Shown here piece by piece: positions 21,366 to 34,974 of a stretch of DNA of 64,000 nucleotides. The DNA lies in assembly GCF_001447785.1 (NCBI RefSeq), contig NW_015176457.1:544252-608251 (forward strand), in the 5' to 3' direction. The notes under the pieces were generated by a model that did no database searches, was not told where the DNA came from, and saw only the letters and a program-made list of their open reading frames with translations. The stretch comes from Gekko japonicus (taxonomy: Eukaryota). Every line of letters begins with the position of its first letter. The stretch's first letter is position 1. Position numbers and translations under genes: made by a program.

Positions 21366-22912
21366 AAACTGTACAATGCATTGTGATGGAACACAGTATT
21401 AGCACCCCTAAAGGAAATACTGTAAATGGGGAAGAAATAGCTACTTCCTCCCAAATAGACATCTCTATCTCTGTGGATCCAGAAGGAGGGACACATTCTA
21501 TACACCTGAACCATATCTGCCATGTGAAATAACTTGGGGTGAGAGGCAAGAAAGACTGCACAGCACTGAAGGGAGAGACTTTTACCTTCATGTATTTTAA
21601 TGCACGCAATGAAAAGCCAAAATCAGAGATCAGTAGAAATATCTGTATAGGTCTTTCATTTCCCAAGGGGTAGTCTTCAGTGTAGAAGAGCACTCCAGAG
21701 ATGTTCTGTCGCCTTCATAGTTGGGCTTGCTTGATGCAGAATAATGAGCGTTCCATTGATTGTGAATACTGTGATCTGAATGCAGCTTCTTGAATATGCA
21801 GCAGTTTTATCATGTTCATCAAGGACATGATAGACGTGTTTTTTTCTAACTGCACTGTCCAGAGTTCAGTCAAGGGTTATTTAAGCTGTTGAGGGAACAG
21901 CTCATTCTGCAGTGAAGACAGCAGTGAAAGCTCTTTTCCCTCTTTCTCCATTTTGTCCTGGTGACTGTGTCTGCAGTCAGAAGCATTGTTATAGGAAGTG
22001 TGCTAATAGATTCAGTGGAGTTAACTCTGCGTTCAGAGTTATGGTAGATAATACGTGATCTTCACAATTTTTTCCAATTCATTGAGAATTACCTATCTTT
22101 TAATATATATATTTATTGGGATGGGATATGTATGTCATAGAACTGCAGTTATTTTCTCAGTTCTGGAAAGTGTGGTGATAGAATTGTGCTTGCATTTGTA
22201 TTCTGAAATAATCATCCTGTAATAGAGATGCTGCCCCTTGTTTTCCTTTTGCCTCTTTCAGCAAATCCGTCTGTTTTTTCTCCACAACCAATAGAGCACC
22301 TGCAATCATCAGAGATTAGTGTAGGTTTGGTAAAATGGTTATCTGAGTGGATTTTATTGTTAATCAAGACATTTTATGTCCCACTGTCCATTTCCTATCA
22401 ATTTAGTCTCCTTCTCTTGCTTTCTTCCAATGATTACTGGATTCAGAGCTAATAAAAATTTAGAGTAGTTCAGGCATTCAACAAATTAGATGCATAAGAT
22501 TTATTTGGAGCTGAAAATACTCATTTGTTGGTGTATTGTGAAATCACTCGACTTTAGTCAGAATAAATATTACAGCTGGTTGAGTCAGATGTAGTTTATA
22601 AATTTTTGAGATCCGTGTTTGAAGTATTCTGGCATGAAATAAGCTCCACTGCCTTTAACTATTCTTTGTTCTAATAAATTGTAAAATGCGACATGTTTTT
22701 CTAGCTAAGGCTTTTTCTGGGTCAAATGGGAGGGGAAGGATTGTTTTCTGCATACATACACACTAAGAAGAGGTTAAACAGATTAATCTCTTGAATGGCC
22801 TTTTACCTTGCTTTTGTTACTTTAAAAATTCCTTTTTCCACAAATAGGTTTACAAAACAATCGGTCTGTTTCACATTCCCATGAGCTTCATCCCAGCCAA
22901 ATGTCTCGCTTC

Positions 22913-23110
22913 CTCCCTCGGATAGCCCAGGATAGCCCACCTTCATCGGGTCTGGGAAGCTAAACAAGGTCAGCCTTGGTTAGTACTTTAATGGGAGTCC
23001 ACTGAGGAAATCCAGGGTTGCTGTGCAGAGGCAGGAGTGTTGAACCATGTTTCTTGCCTGTAAAACCCCCATGGGGTTGCCACAAGCAGGCTGCAACTTA
23101 GTGCTAAAAA
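22913..23110 (+). mobile_element. 5S-derived SINE
   Basis: GGATAGCCCAGG...TCTGGGAAGCTAAACAAGGTCAGCCTTGGTTAGTACTT...GGGGTTGCCA tail. Confidence 0.75.
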
Positions 23111-24129
23111 AGTGCCTCTCCAGAGCTCTTGCTGCATGACTCAAGGCTCCAGTCAAACATAATTTGGCCAATTTTTTAACCTTAGTTAGGGAATCCTCTT
23201 CATCTTTTTCCTTTTCCTTGTCCCATACCTGGCATTAGGGCTTGTACTGGCTTTAGGCTTAACCTCGGTTAACGCAAACAATGGGCTTGAAACCAGCATC
23301 AAATCCTGGTTCACAGTCACTGTATTTAACATCAGGCCCGTTTTAAGCCATAACCACAGTTGACGTTTTGCGTTACCATGTTTTAACAAAGTGGAGTGTT
23401 TAGGCTATGCCAAAACCTCAGCGTTTTGTAAATTCATGCGTTGCAGTGGTGAAGGGGAAGAAATATTTTGTTCCAGATCTCATATCCAAAGCATATATGG
23501 GTTTTGAAATCAATCTGCCAGAATTACTAGTTTGTGTTTGGATCACATCACCCAGTTTAGTTTAGTAGAACAGTTCATAGTCATTGCTTTATCCCTAAAT
23601 GGAATGTTTCTGTTGATTGTCTTTTTAGAGCTTCAGATAGAAGTGGACTGTAGATGCATGTTTTATCTGATCAGGATATACTCAGTCATGATACAGGAAA
23701 TGTCATACTGGGAGAGTAATTTTTAGCTAGAAACCCAAACTCAAAAATTTGTGACAAGCATTCAACATACAAAGCATTATTTCCTCTTTAAAATGTCTTG
23801 CCCATTCATTCCAATGGAGGAAACTTAACTGTGAACATGATATTTGAGTCATTGTGCTTGAAGTTTGATTTCCTCCACTGAAATGAATTGGGATAGAAAG
23901 ATCTCTGCATCAAGCAAATTGTGTAGATCTTTGATTTTAACCACTCTCTCCTTAGTATTTGTCATTATACTTGTTCCTCCCATGCTTCCCAAGCAAGTTC
24001 ATTAAATTTCAAACTTATAAATATATTTATCATATTCACCCACACCCCTTGAAAGAATGTCTCTTCTGGCATATGAATATATAATTACAGGATTTCAAAG
24101 TATTTGAGCTGTGTTTTTAAAAAACACAC

Positions 24130-25964
24130 ACTCACAGAAAAGCTGTGGATATCAACTGTGCAATTTTGAAGAAATGAGGAATGCCATTTGTTTTTATTAA
24201 GCTGGGATTTGAATGTTTGAAAAAGCATTGAGGGAGGCATAGCTTTTGAAATGAAGGTAATGTATCTCACTTGCATGTGAAAAATATTATTTTTGGAGTG
24301 CTTTCATTCTTTATAAATAAACATAGGGACCGGTGCCTGCAGGAAACATGTTTACTTTGTGAGTTGTCTGATTTTTTGTTTTGTTTTGTTTTGTTCTTCA
24401 GTTCTAATGGGGTTTGTTGGTAACTGCAGAATTAGATTGGTAATTTCAGTTCTAAATTAGAGATAGCATCAAGATAAAAAGTGAGTATTTTGATTAAATT
24501 GTCAGTATGATGAAAAGACACTAAAAATAAATGTACTGAAAATATCAAAAGGGTAGAAATCTCATAACATTTGGCTGTTAGTGTAATAGACAAATGCAGG
24601 GCATACTTTTTTTTTTTTTTTTTTCATACAAACATGCTTCTCATTTATGTTACATTTAAGAAGTGGGACATAACTACGTATTCAAAACAACATCAGAGCA
24701 ATCAGATATTAAGCAAGTTGATATGAACCAATTTTCTAGAACCCACATTGTGAGATGTAAAATAACCTAATACAGGAAACCAGTTTTCTACACATTTCGG
24801 GTATATTTCCATAGTGGGTGGGAGTGTGGCTAAAGCCATTGGGGAGGCTGGGCCAGCAGCATCGCTAAGGTGATCATGCTGGGGTGGCCTCCCTGATGTA
24901 TTAAAGTACTCTGGCCCTGCTCCTACACCTGACAGACACCCGCCTGTCTGGTGTAAGGGGGGGATTGTGTTTAACGGCATCAGGAAGGCTGGGCCAGCAG
25001 CAGCGCTAAGGCAATCCTGCTGAGCAAGCCTCCCTGATGGCTGTAAGCATCCCACCTCCCTCTTCTATACCTGTTTGTCCAGTGTAGGAGAGGGAGGGGG
25101 AAGGGTATTGCAAGCCATTGTGGAGGCTGGGCCAGCAGGATCGCTAAGGCATTATTGCTGGGTGGGCTCCCTGATGGCTTTAAGCACCCTGCACCTGCTG
25201 CTGCACCTGACAGACAGCCACCTGTCAGGTGTAGGAGGTGGGGAGGGAATGTGTTTGAAGTCATCAGGGAGGCTGGGCCAGCAGCACTGCTACACTTCAC
25301 AGGTGGTTGGTCAGTCCTGATTTCCTCAACTCTCATTAGCTCTCTGCAGTCTCCTGTAACTGGTTTTTTTTACCTCAGAACACTGAGCTCTGCAGCTGAC
25401 CAATCAGAGAGTGGGGGGCCAAGGAGGCAGCAGCCTGGCCGCTACGTAGGAAGCAATGGGAAGCATAGGAAGCAATGGGGGAGCACATTTTACCCTTTTT
25501 GACCCCCTTAGGGGTCAAATTTCTTTAAAAAGCCCTTCTTAGTGAGCATCTACGTCATGGTAGGAGTGCTGTCACTGAATTTCATGTTTCTAGGTCCAGG
25601 AGTTTATTTACCCCGCCCTCCCCGCAAGCCCATACATAAAATCCAGTAAAACCATAAAATCATAACCAAACATTACATTTAACAATAAAGTGCTTCCATT
25701 GTCAAGATGGTCTTAAGTTGTTATAGTGTTATCTTCCAGCAACCCCCAATTGGGGTACCACTGTCCAATAGGTAGTCCGAGCCAGTCCGCTGTTCTCATT
25801 GTCAGGTAATTATTGTTACTGCTGAGTTTCCAAGGGCACTCCCGACCTCGATGGTATTACCACCGTTGGTGGTGGTGGTAACGGCGGCGGCCCCTACATG
25901 AAACCCTGGAGTTTGGCCTGGGTATTGATTTTACAGTGAGGGGACTTTCTTTTTTATACATAGA
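24130..25964 (-). mobile_element. Non-autonomous Helitron-like element with internal tandem array
   Basis: The minus strand starts A|TCTATGTATAAAAAAG at 25964. CCCCTTAGGGG...CTTCTTAGTGAGCATCTACGTCAT...AATTTCATGTTTCTAGGTCCAG resembles recalled Lep1-type Helitron 5' regions. The left boundary is approximate and the CTRR end was not seen. Confidence 0.6.
24810..25300 (+). repeat. Tandem array, ~4 x 140 bp, inside the Helitron-like element
   Basis: AGGCTGGGCCAGCAG at 24845, 24986, 25124 and 25270. Confidence 0.9.
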
Positions 25965-28524
25965 TGGTTTCTCAATCATGGTACTTTTCCAAACTATTCC
26001 TGTTCCTGCTTATTGGAGTGTGTATCGATTGTTTGAAAGGGTTAGTATTGAAATTCTGAGGGGTAATCAAGTTGTGAGGGGAAATCAAGTTTCATCCTTT
26101 TTTGAAATTTCATGCATTTTACATTTGTTATAGTAGGATATGGATTGATTAATGCCAGTTTTAAACTGAAAGGGGATTAGAGAAGTACTTGAGTAGTATG
26201 TCATTCGAGGTTTAGCCATTATAACCAAATAGAACCTCCAATGTTCAGAGGGAGTACATCCCTGAAATCCAGCATCTGGTGGGCATCTTGGGGCATCTGA
26301 TTGCTACTGTAGCAAATGGGATGTTGGACTAGAGGGCCCACTGGTTTGAACAAGCAAGGCTCTTCTTATGCCCCTTTGAAACAGAATAGTATTTGTAGAT
26401 TTTTGAGTAGTCTGGCTTTCAAGCTTCTAACAGATTACAACCCCACAAGAAATCTTGGAATTTATTTCTACAGATGTGTGCAGTTTCAAATACCTCATTA
26501 TCAATTTGCTAATGCTGGGTGTTTGCTGCTGTCACAGCTCTCAGCGAATATTTTAGGAGATATGTTTGAACAATGATACTTAGTAAGCAGTGTTCCGCAC
26601 TGTAGGCACAGTCAGTGAGAGCGGCTCAAATCATTGACATTTTGTATTCTGAAAATTAAGTTTACTTGCCTTCTAGATTTATAATTAAGAACGGCCTTTC
26701 TCATGTGAGGCAACATATTCTCCAGCCTTCTGAATACCATTTTGTTCAGTGTTGCTTTAAAAGTAATATTAGCAGACATTTCCCACTTTGTAATCTTCTG
26801 ACTAGCTCAAGTTATTTAAAATTGACATATCCAGGTAGTTTCTTCTTTAGATAAATGATACTTGAAGTTTCCACTATTGTCCATGTTCATGATCTTCACT
26901 GAAACTCTGTCCCAAATTATCTCAACGGTGCATGCTTTCCCTTTGGCAAGGCCTAAAGTATTTAGGTCAGTGCAAAATGAAATACTTTTAGGGCTGAACA
27001 TATTCCATAAAATGCTCTAGAAAAGGGCTGGCTTCTAAAGATCAAAGTGAAAATGTAAACCTTGTAGGGGGTGTGTGTGTGTGAATGGCTCTGCAAACCC
27101 TGACAATGAATTTATTTTGCTGGAGAATTTAAATAATAATTGACATGAATTATGTTCAGATTAAAATTGGATTATTTTGTTTCCACAACAGTATAAAATG
27201 TTAAGTGTATATCAATGTTACTTACTTTCTCACTAGTATGTGTATTTTCATGGCTGACCTATATAAAACTCATTCCTGGCATATGTTGTATTTTGAATTT
27301 TCCTATTTGGCTTAGGTCCATTACCTTATTTTCTTGTTCTGTGTCTTGGAATCTAGAAAAGCAAAGCTTTAGGTATGTTTGCTTTCTGCTCTCTGATCCA
27401 GTACAGACTTCTGATTTTATACCTGTACCTCCTTAATACATGGTATGTTAGGACACATATAGACACTGCCATAGCTTTTTACAAACTCATTTGATTGTTC
27501 ATGATTTTTTTAAAAAAAAATTGCACTAAATATTTGCTTTTTTAGTTATAGTCATTGTGTACCATGGTCGGCTTTGTTGTTGGGGTGGGGGTGGGGTTTC
27601 CAGGTGCAACCTCACCGTGTGTGCCAGCCAGCTTATTTGCTAGAGAGATGAGCTCTTTTGGAGGATGTGGCATTTGAAAGGCAAGAGGGGCATGCTGCCT
27701 CCCACAGAGAAGCTGTCCTGGTCCCATCACCATGTCCCGTTCTGGGCAGGGTCCTCCCAATAGCCATGGTGATACAGGCCATTTGGAAGGAAGTCAACAC
27801 CAATAAGAATATGAGGTGCACAAGCCAGGCTTTTCCCAATGCAATAGTGAGGGGACTACCTATCTGAGTCCTACAAATTGCCTGCCACCAATCCACTGAG
27901 TCACTGTGTCAGGAAGGAAATAGTTTGCTCAGACCTCTCTCTTTTGGCTTAGTCTCCTCTTGTGCCCTCTGATGAGCAGAGAGTGAGATTTCTCTCCAGA
28001 CAGGCAACATTGTCAGCTTGCACCACTCTCGTCTTGCTCCATGGACGGTTGACAAATTCGTCTTCCTGAAGGTCAGCTGGCTGCTGTTCACCTACCAGCC
28101 CTGGACTTTGAAAGTGAGCACATGCTTGTGCCTGCATCCTCTCAATCTGTACTGCAGAGTATGGGGAAAACACTCTTCCAAAAACGTAAAACTCATAAAC
28201 AGAAATACCACTGGGAAATGAGCTGTTAGGGAAACAGATGAGACGATCCCACAAAAGTACCTAAATTGAAGCGCCTGTACACTGTATTGTTGTTGTGTTT
28301 CTTCTTTGTGAGGTAAATTAGGACATACGTTCCAGAGATGAAAGGCAGCTGCAACTCCTGATGCTCCTCCTGCAAGCCAGTGATGGTACAGGCTGCAGAT
28401 TGCAGAGCGAGAGAACTAGGGTGCCCCAAACCCTCTTTCCTCCTCAGTTTCTGAGGCTTTCCTTGAGAAATTGACATTAATGTGTGTCTGTGTGTCTGTG
28501 TGAGTGCCTGTCCAAGTGAGGCTG

Positions 28525-28780
28525 GCTGCCTTGGTATTGGCTTGGCTTCTTTGGCTTGGCTTGGCTTCTTTGGTTTGACATTGGTTCTGTTGGGTTTGCC
28601 ACATTAGCCCTGGGCTCTGCTTGGTTTCGGTGGTTTGACATTGGTTCTGTTGGGCTTGTAATAGTGTCCTTTGATTAAGTTGGTTTGATATGGATTCTCT
28701 GATTGATATTGGTTTTGTTGTGCTTACCACATGGTTCTGCTGAGATTCTCTGGTCTGACAGTGGTTCTGTTGGGCTTGTA
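28525..28780 (+). repeat. Degenerate tandem repeat (TTGGC)n / GGTTTGACATTGGTTCTGTTGGG
   Basis: The motif recurs near 28572, 28632, 28730 and 28755. Confidence 0.75.
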
Positions 28781-31340
28781 GATTATGTTTGCATTTGGAA
28801 GTTTTTGGCTACTGGTTGCTCTTGTGTTTTTGGCTATTGACTTCTTTGCCCGAGAGAAAGCATGGAATTATGTTTCCCCATAGGAAACAATGGAGACAAT
28901 TAGGACTGCTGGGAGCATCTTGTTCAGGGATCCATACAATTGGACCTACTGATCCAACTCACTTGAAATTGGGGGTCTTTACTAGACAAACAGGACTTAG
29001 GTTCCCTGCAATTTTGGTGTCATATGTTTGAAAAACAGCCAGTTTTCAGTAACGGTATCCATACCAGTATTCCAGATTGTTTGGGTCTCCAATAGCCTTT
29101 CAGAATTCAGACTTAGGTTTGGGTTTGTTTGTTCCAGAACTCCAAAATGTTTCAGGTCCATTATTCCCTAAGGAATAGGAAAGGGTGGGTGGGTGTAGTG
29201 GGCTATGCAGAAATTTGCTTCAGGCCCACTTCCTCTGTAAAATATTTATGTTGCCATCAGATATTGTGTAGCCCATAGAGATGTCCCTGCCTACTCATGT
29301 CATGAACTTGTTTCCTGATGGTGACAGAGATGTTGGCCACTGTCTGCACCTCGTCAAGTACCTTGGCAGGGAGCAAAGTCTGGCAATAGTTGGCCCAGTA
29401 GCCCTTCTCACCCTGTCTGTGATGGTTATTCCATCCTAACGCAGAAAATCCTTGGGTTGCCACCAGTGTACAGTGAGAGGTATGTGTGCTGTACCTGAGG
29501 GCAGGTCCAAATATCAGATGGGAAGTGCACAGCTCTCTCACTCATGGTTCCTGGCAGGCTTAACAGGGAGGGCACCAGTGGATGAGAGCAGGGATCATGT
29601 ATGAGGGAAAGCCTATGGAACCTAGCATGCTCAGCAACTGGAAAGAGCTGCTTGCCAAAGAGGCGAGTGACCCTCTGTCTTGCTTACTTCTGCCCAACTC
29701 TTGGTACACTAGTGCCAACCATACCAAACATCTCCGCCAAAGATGTTTGCACAAGAAGGGTCATGGAGCGACTCCCCTCTTGGCTGGCTTGCAGTGTGCT
29801 TCTTCAAATGGTTTCTGAGACTGCCTATTATGAAGCGACCCAGGTCTTCTCAACTGATTCTAGCCCTGCACAGCTAGCACTAGAGAAATGGGGATCCTCC
29901 ATCTGACCATGACTAGCAGCTACAGGCACCTCTGGGAGCTGCCCTCAATGAGGGGCTCAGGGCAGACACACCATCTCGGGGGGGGGGGCAGAAGGAAATG
30001 CCCAAGGAAGAAGGGGTTGAGGTGGTAGCAACTTGCGGTGCACATCCATCTCTTCCTCTTATGCCACCTCCAGTCTCTTCTCCCTCTCCTTGGAAGGCCT
30101 GTTGGACTCTGGAGAAATGGAGAAGCAGTGCACAGTCTCTCCTCCAGTTCCTCAAGCAGGCTCTAGGTCCCTGGAATTAATTCGGATCCTGAAGTTCTTA
30201 TCCTCCAAGTTCAGCTCCAAAGACAGCTTGGACTGGCCTTCCTACTGCTGCTGAGTCACAACAGCTGGAAGAGGGGCAGCCTCTGCAAGTGGCACTGCAG
30301 CTGCAGCTTCAATGAAGAGGGCTTTGCAAGTCCTCTTCATTACACCACCCAAGCCAGAAAGGGGGGTGGGTGATGAAAGACTGCTCTGGGACAGGCATCC
30401 ACACAATGGAAGGAAAGCTGAAATACTCCCTCTGCCCTGCTATTCTTCTGCTTAGCCTTTCCTTCAGGGCTCCGCTGCACTCTCCTTCTGTCACTCATTC
30501 TGTCCCCTGGACTACATCACTATAGTAAGATAGCTGATACATTAGGCTATGCTGCACTCTGAGTTTGAGCACTAATTACCCTGCTCTTAAATCTGATTTT
30601 CTAGCCTGCACTTTGACTACCTCTCCTCTTGAACACTAACCTGCAACTGTCTACCTTTTTTCCTAATTTTTTTCTTTAAACTACACCTAGGCTTGGTTCA
30701 ATTGAATACTTTTTTTAAAACCTGCTTCACCCTGTAAGTCCTTTCTAGCCTAAGAGCTAACTAGTTTTAACTACAACCTGTGATGCAAGTATGGAATTAT
30801 TATTATTTTTTTAAAAAAAATCAAGTTTAATTTTTGTCTCAAGCCTTATGTTTCAAAAGTTAATCTAATGCTAGTCTTTTTTTTTTTTAATCTGACTTCG
30901 TTTTTGGAAGACTAAAAGGTCAGCCTAAACTCTTGTTTGTCTAACCGATTGTTTTGAATCCCAGGACATCTTAATCATTTTTTAAGTAAATCCTGTAGCC
31001 CAGTTTATTTATTTAAAGAAAAACAACTGACAGCTTTTTGAAAGCCTAGCGAAAGCCTAATCTTTTAAAAACTGAACTGTAAGTTGAAATTGATTTTGTT
31101 TTTAAAATTCTTAAACCATCACCTACAGATTACTGTTATTAAACCCTAACCAGAACATTTCTGTAGAACCTGCTGCAACAGATTTTTTAAAAGCCAACTG
31201 GAAAACTCCAGTCTCCACAAATTGACTTCCCCCCAAAAAATACAACACAGAAAAATCTTTAAAACAACTACAGAAGAACAATTGTAAAACTAAAACTAGA
31301 AGAATGTAAAAAGAGAATTTTAAAAACTTGGTAAATCTCG

Positions 31341-32029
31341 TGTCGTGGGTCAGCCTGAGCTCCGCATGAAGTCCTCAGGGGAGGAGGACTCCTCGGGAGA
31401 AGGGGAGCCATGCATGGCTGACTCTGAGTCAGCAGAAGCCACCAAACAGGCTGATGAGCTGCAGGCTGACCAAGACTCACTACCAACAACTGATCCAGAG
31501 TCACCGCCCAGCCCCAATGCAGCAAGTGAGACTCCGTTGATTAAGACCACTCCACAAGGCTCACCTCCTCCCTTTGAGTGCCGGAGACAGAAGCTTAGAA
31601 GGGAGCTGCAAGCAAGGAGGCAGAGTGCACATCTCCTGGCCCATTGCCAGCTGCTTGCTGATGACCGCCTGGAGTAGTTGCAGCAGTACTCCCAAGCAGC
31701 TGGCTGCTAACAAGGACTTTTTAGGAAGTGGCTATAAAACCCAGGGCTGGGAGCCTGCATGTTGTGGAAGCAACTAGTTATTCTGTGAGCACAACTCCTG
31801 ACCCTGCTTTCTTTGTGTGACCTTGGACTGACTTGGGGCTTTGACTGGTTTTGTGACTCTCTAGCTTGTGAATGACCTTTGGACCTCCTGACTATATTTT
31901 CTACTTCACCTCTTCTGGTAATGACCCTCTGGCTTGTGCACTCTTGGCTTGTGGACTTCTGGGACTGAACTCTGGACTTTGTGTGAGCAGCTGAATATGT
32001 CTGGCTTGCCTGCCTGTGCCTGCTACACA
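31341..32029 (+). mobile_element. Gypsy-type solo LTR with embedded ORF (31345-31677)
   Basis: Begins TGTCGTGGG, TATAAAA near 31733, ends ...ACACA; homologous to 34301-34974. TSD not evident. Confidence 0.75.
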
Positions 32030-32163
32030 ACGTTTCCTGCCAAAGGCACAAACCCATTAAAAACCTGTTAAAAACAGAGAAAATGCAAAACATTAAAAAT
32101 TCTAAAACAAGGCAATAGAGGAGAACCTAACAGCACAAGTCTTTTAAAACCTTTTTAAAACAA

Positions 32164-32221
32164 AGCTGGTCCATGGGGTCGCGAAGAGTCGGACTCGACT
32201 GTGCGACTGAACAACAACAAC
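32164..32221 (+). mobile_element. RTE-BovB extreme 3' tail
   Basis: GCTGGTCCATGGGGTCGCGAAGAGTCGGACTCGACTGTGCGACTGAA(CAA)n; CpGs retained; AAAACAA flanks. Confidence 0.9.
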
Positions 32222-33760
32222 AAAACAATGCAAAACAAAATCAAGGAAAACTATTTTAAAAGAACTCAAAAGGGGGGGAAAGGCTCCCTTCCCCCACTAC
32301 AACCCCCAGGCAAAAACCCACCTTGAAATAATATTTTTAAATAATGTCCACTGTAGGAAAACCCAGTCCTGAAGATTTCCAGGCACAGAAGAAGAAGAAT
32401 GCTATCCCGGGCAGGCAGCAGAAATCCAAGGCAGAGACCAGAATAGCAGTGGCAAGCAGCAGCACTCCAAAAAAATCTAGTCCTGAAATGGTGCCAAGCA
32501 GCAGGTCTGTTTTCTATCCTTTTTGCCCAAGCTCAGAGAGCCATGGAGTGCTATGAGAGAATTGTTGTGATTGGGCAGACAAGTTTTAGTGAGGCCCCTA
32601 ATGTCCAGTCCAGTTGTCTGAGAGAGCTGCCTCCTTTCCTCACCCTTCCTTCCCAGTGTCCAGGAATCCTGCTAAATTGAAGAAAAGCAGGCTCCAAAGT
32701 CTTACAATGCCAGCCCTGGATATTTCCAGAATGTTTGGGGATCCAGTTACCAGTATTTGGAAAATGCAAATATCAGTCTGGACACATGGAAATATCCTAA
32801 AATACCAAGGTATTTTTCAGATATATATTCGGACTGAAATATCTGAGTGCACATCCCTACTGCTTTTCTCTTCTCCCCTTTCAGCTCAAAATACTGCTTC
32901 TAGAGAAAAATGTTAGTTTTGGAAATAGAATTTCCAGCATTTTTCTGTTTTTGTTAATCTGTCACACATTGATAAGAAGCCATACCCCAGGCTACAATTT
33001 AGGGATCGCTATGTTAGTGTGTGTGTTTATTAGAAGATTTCTTACACTTTTTGAATATTTGCCAAATCTTAGAGATTAGTTGCATTCCATGCTATTATAC
33101 TGTCACCAATGACACAAAACTGGGAGAACAGCAAGTATGTTGGTAAATGCATTGAAAATCAAAAATTAAAAAGGGTATTGATGTACTACTGCAGCAAAAT
33201 TCAGCAAGAAAATATATAAAGTGGTTCTCATAGGAAAATAAAACAAACACACAGGTCTACCTATTGCCCAGAAGGCGTTATAGCCAGAGTCACCAAACTT
33301 TCTTTCTTTTTTATTTATTTACCATTGGATTTATATCCCGCCCTCCGTGCAAGTGAGCTCAGGGCAGGTCACAACAGTTATGGTACAATATAATAATAAA
33401 TACAATTCATACAGAGTTAAAATGTCTAAAAACCAACAGATAGCAATGAGAAATTTAATGAGAAATAGTTCCATGGAATTAAAAATATTCCAAATTCCCC
33501 CACCCTGGGATATTCTCAGGTTTTGTTCTGTCTAAGAAACAGGACACCACAAATGAGGAGGAGCACCAGAAATGAAGTCATCAGCTAAACAGGGTAGAGA
33601 AAAAGCTCTTAAAGAAAAGCTTTAAAAATGCCAAAAGCAGGTTTTTTACTAATGCACAAGCTACTATACAGCTACAAGTAGCTCATAAGCTACCGGTTGG
33701 AGACCCGTATATTAGAAGTTCTAGACTGTTAAACTGAACATGAGTCTTCGGTGTGCTCTG

Positions 33761-33860
33761 CAGCTCAAGAGTCCAGTGGAATTTTAGCTCAATAGAACAG
33801 AAGTATCATGTACAAGGAGCTCAAGAGTCCAGTGGAATTTTAGCTCGATAGAACAGAAGT
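33761..33860 (+). repeat. ~43-bp direct duplication
   Basis: AGCTCAAGAGTCCAGTGGAATTTTAGCTC.ATAGAACAGAAGT occurs twice. Confidence 0.9.
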
Positions 33861-34300
33861 TTGAGAATAATACATACTGTTCTACTCAGCATCGCTTCAG
33901 CTTCCATATTCAGTTCTAGATGCTGCTATTTGACAAAGATGTTGACAAATGCAAGCAAAATCTGCAGAAAACTGCTAGGACTATTCTTTCCAGTGAGCCG
34001 ATATGAGGATCATGCCTCATCTTCCTCCCATTCTCCTACTAGTAAAATTGCTACTCACTGTGGTTAACAGTTGGAGGAGGCTGTAAAATTGTTCACATGA
34101 GGGCACATGCACTGAAGACATGCTGCATTCCCATTACTGAGTCAACTGCACTGACACGCCTTCAACCAGATCCATTCAAATGTCTTCAGCAATGTGGTAG
34201 GAGATGTACATGCTACTGGATGTCCCACTGAAACTAATGGACAGTATCTACATATGTTTTTCTACATTAAACCACAACTAGCTATACAGAACTATGCTCA

Positions 34301-34974
34301 TGTAAGCTTAATCATGGCAAAAGCCTTGGCATGCAACTCAGGTAGTGTCAGAGTCTAGGTCCAAGCCGAGTCAGAAAGTCGGAGTCAAGGTTCAGTCCAG
34401 AAGGTCAGTTACCAGAGAGCAGAGTCCAGTTCAGAGTGTGGTCCAGAAAGCAAGGTGTAGCAATCCAAGGTCATATACAAGAGCAAGCAGGTCCAATATC
34501 CAAGTCCAAAGCCAGTTCAGAGGTCACTGGAGTAGAGCAGGAGCTGTGGTCACAGAGTCCACCAGGTGGTAACATATTTGTTCCAAACCAAGCAGTCTCC
34601 CTTAACTGGCTTTTATAGGCATCTGCTGCAAGGTCTTACTTGCAGTCAATTTCTTGGGAGTAACTCTGCAGCTACTCATCATCAGCAAGCAGCTGGCATC
34701 GAACCAGATGTGCACTTTGTCTTCTCTCCTGGAGCTCCATTCTAAGCTTTTGTATACGGCGCTGTGGGTGTGGGTGAAACTGGAGGGCTGGTAACAACCA
34801 CCTGGGGTTCATCTATTGGAACGGGGCTAGAAGGTGCTGGTGGCTCTTCCTCAGCTGTCAGCTGCGAAATCTGACAAGCTTGCAGTTCATCTTCTGGCGT
34901 GCCAGCTTCTGCTGCTTCAGAGCTGGCTAACCAGGACTCCTCCTGAGGAGTTGTCTCCTGACTGGCCCACGACA
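34301..34974 (-). mobile_element. Gypsy-type solo LTR, same family as 31341
   Basis: The minus strand begins TGTCGTGGG; TG...CA ends; 5-bp TSD GCTCA / GGTCA. Confidence 0.8.

Larger units (their letters stand above)
27590..32700 (-). mobile_element. Possible degraded DIRS-like retroelement, interrupted by a MITE, a solo LTR and a BovB tail
   Basis: AT-rich leader at 30540-32340, then GC-rich low-complexity Gag-like frames (TLLPAKVLDEVQTVANISVTIRKQVHDMS) at 29250-30500. No clean RT or YR motif was recovered. Confidence 0.3.

Noticed and set aside
21356-21531. Possible terminal exon DDNETVQCIVMEHS...
   Set aside because: The putative acceptor lies within a palindromic repeat and the peptide is unrecognisable.
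24810-25300. CRISPR-like repeat-spacer array
   Set aside because: Eukaryotic context; the inter-motif segments are homologous to each other, so this is a tandem repeat; no cas genes.
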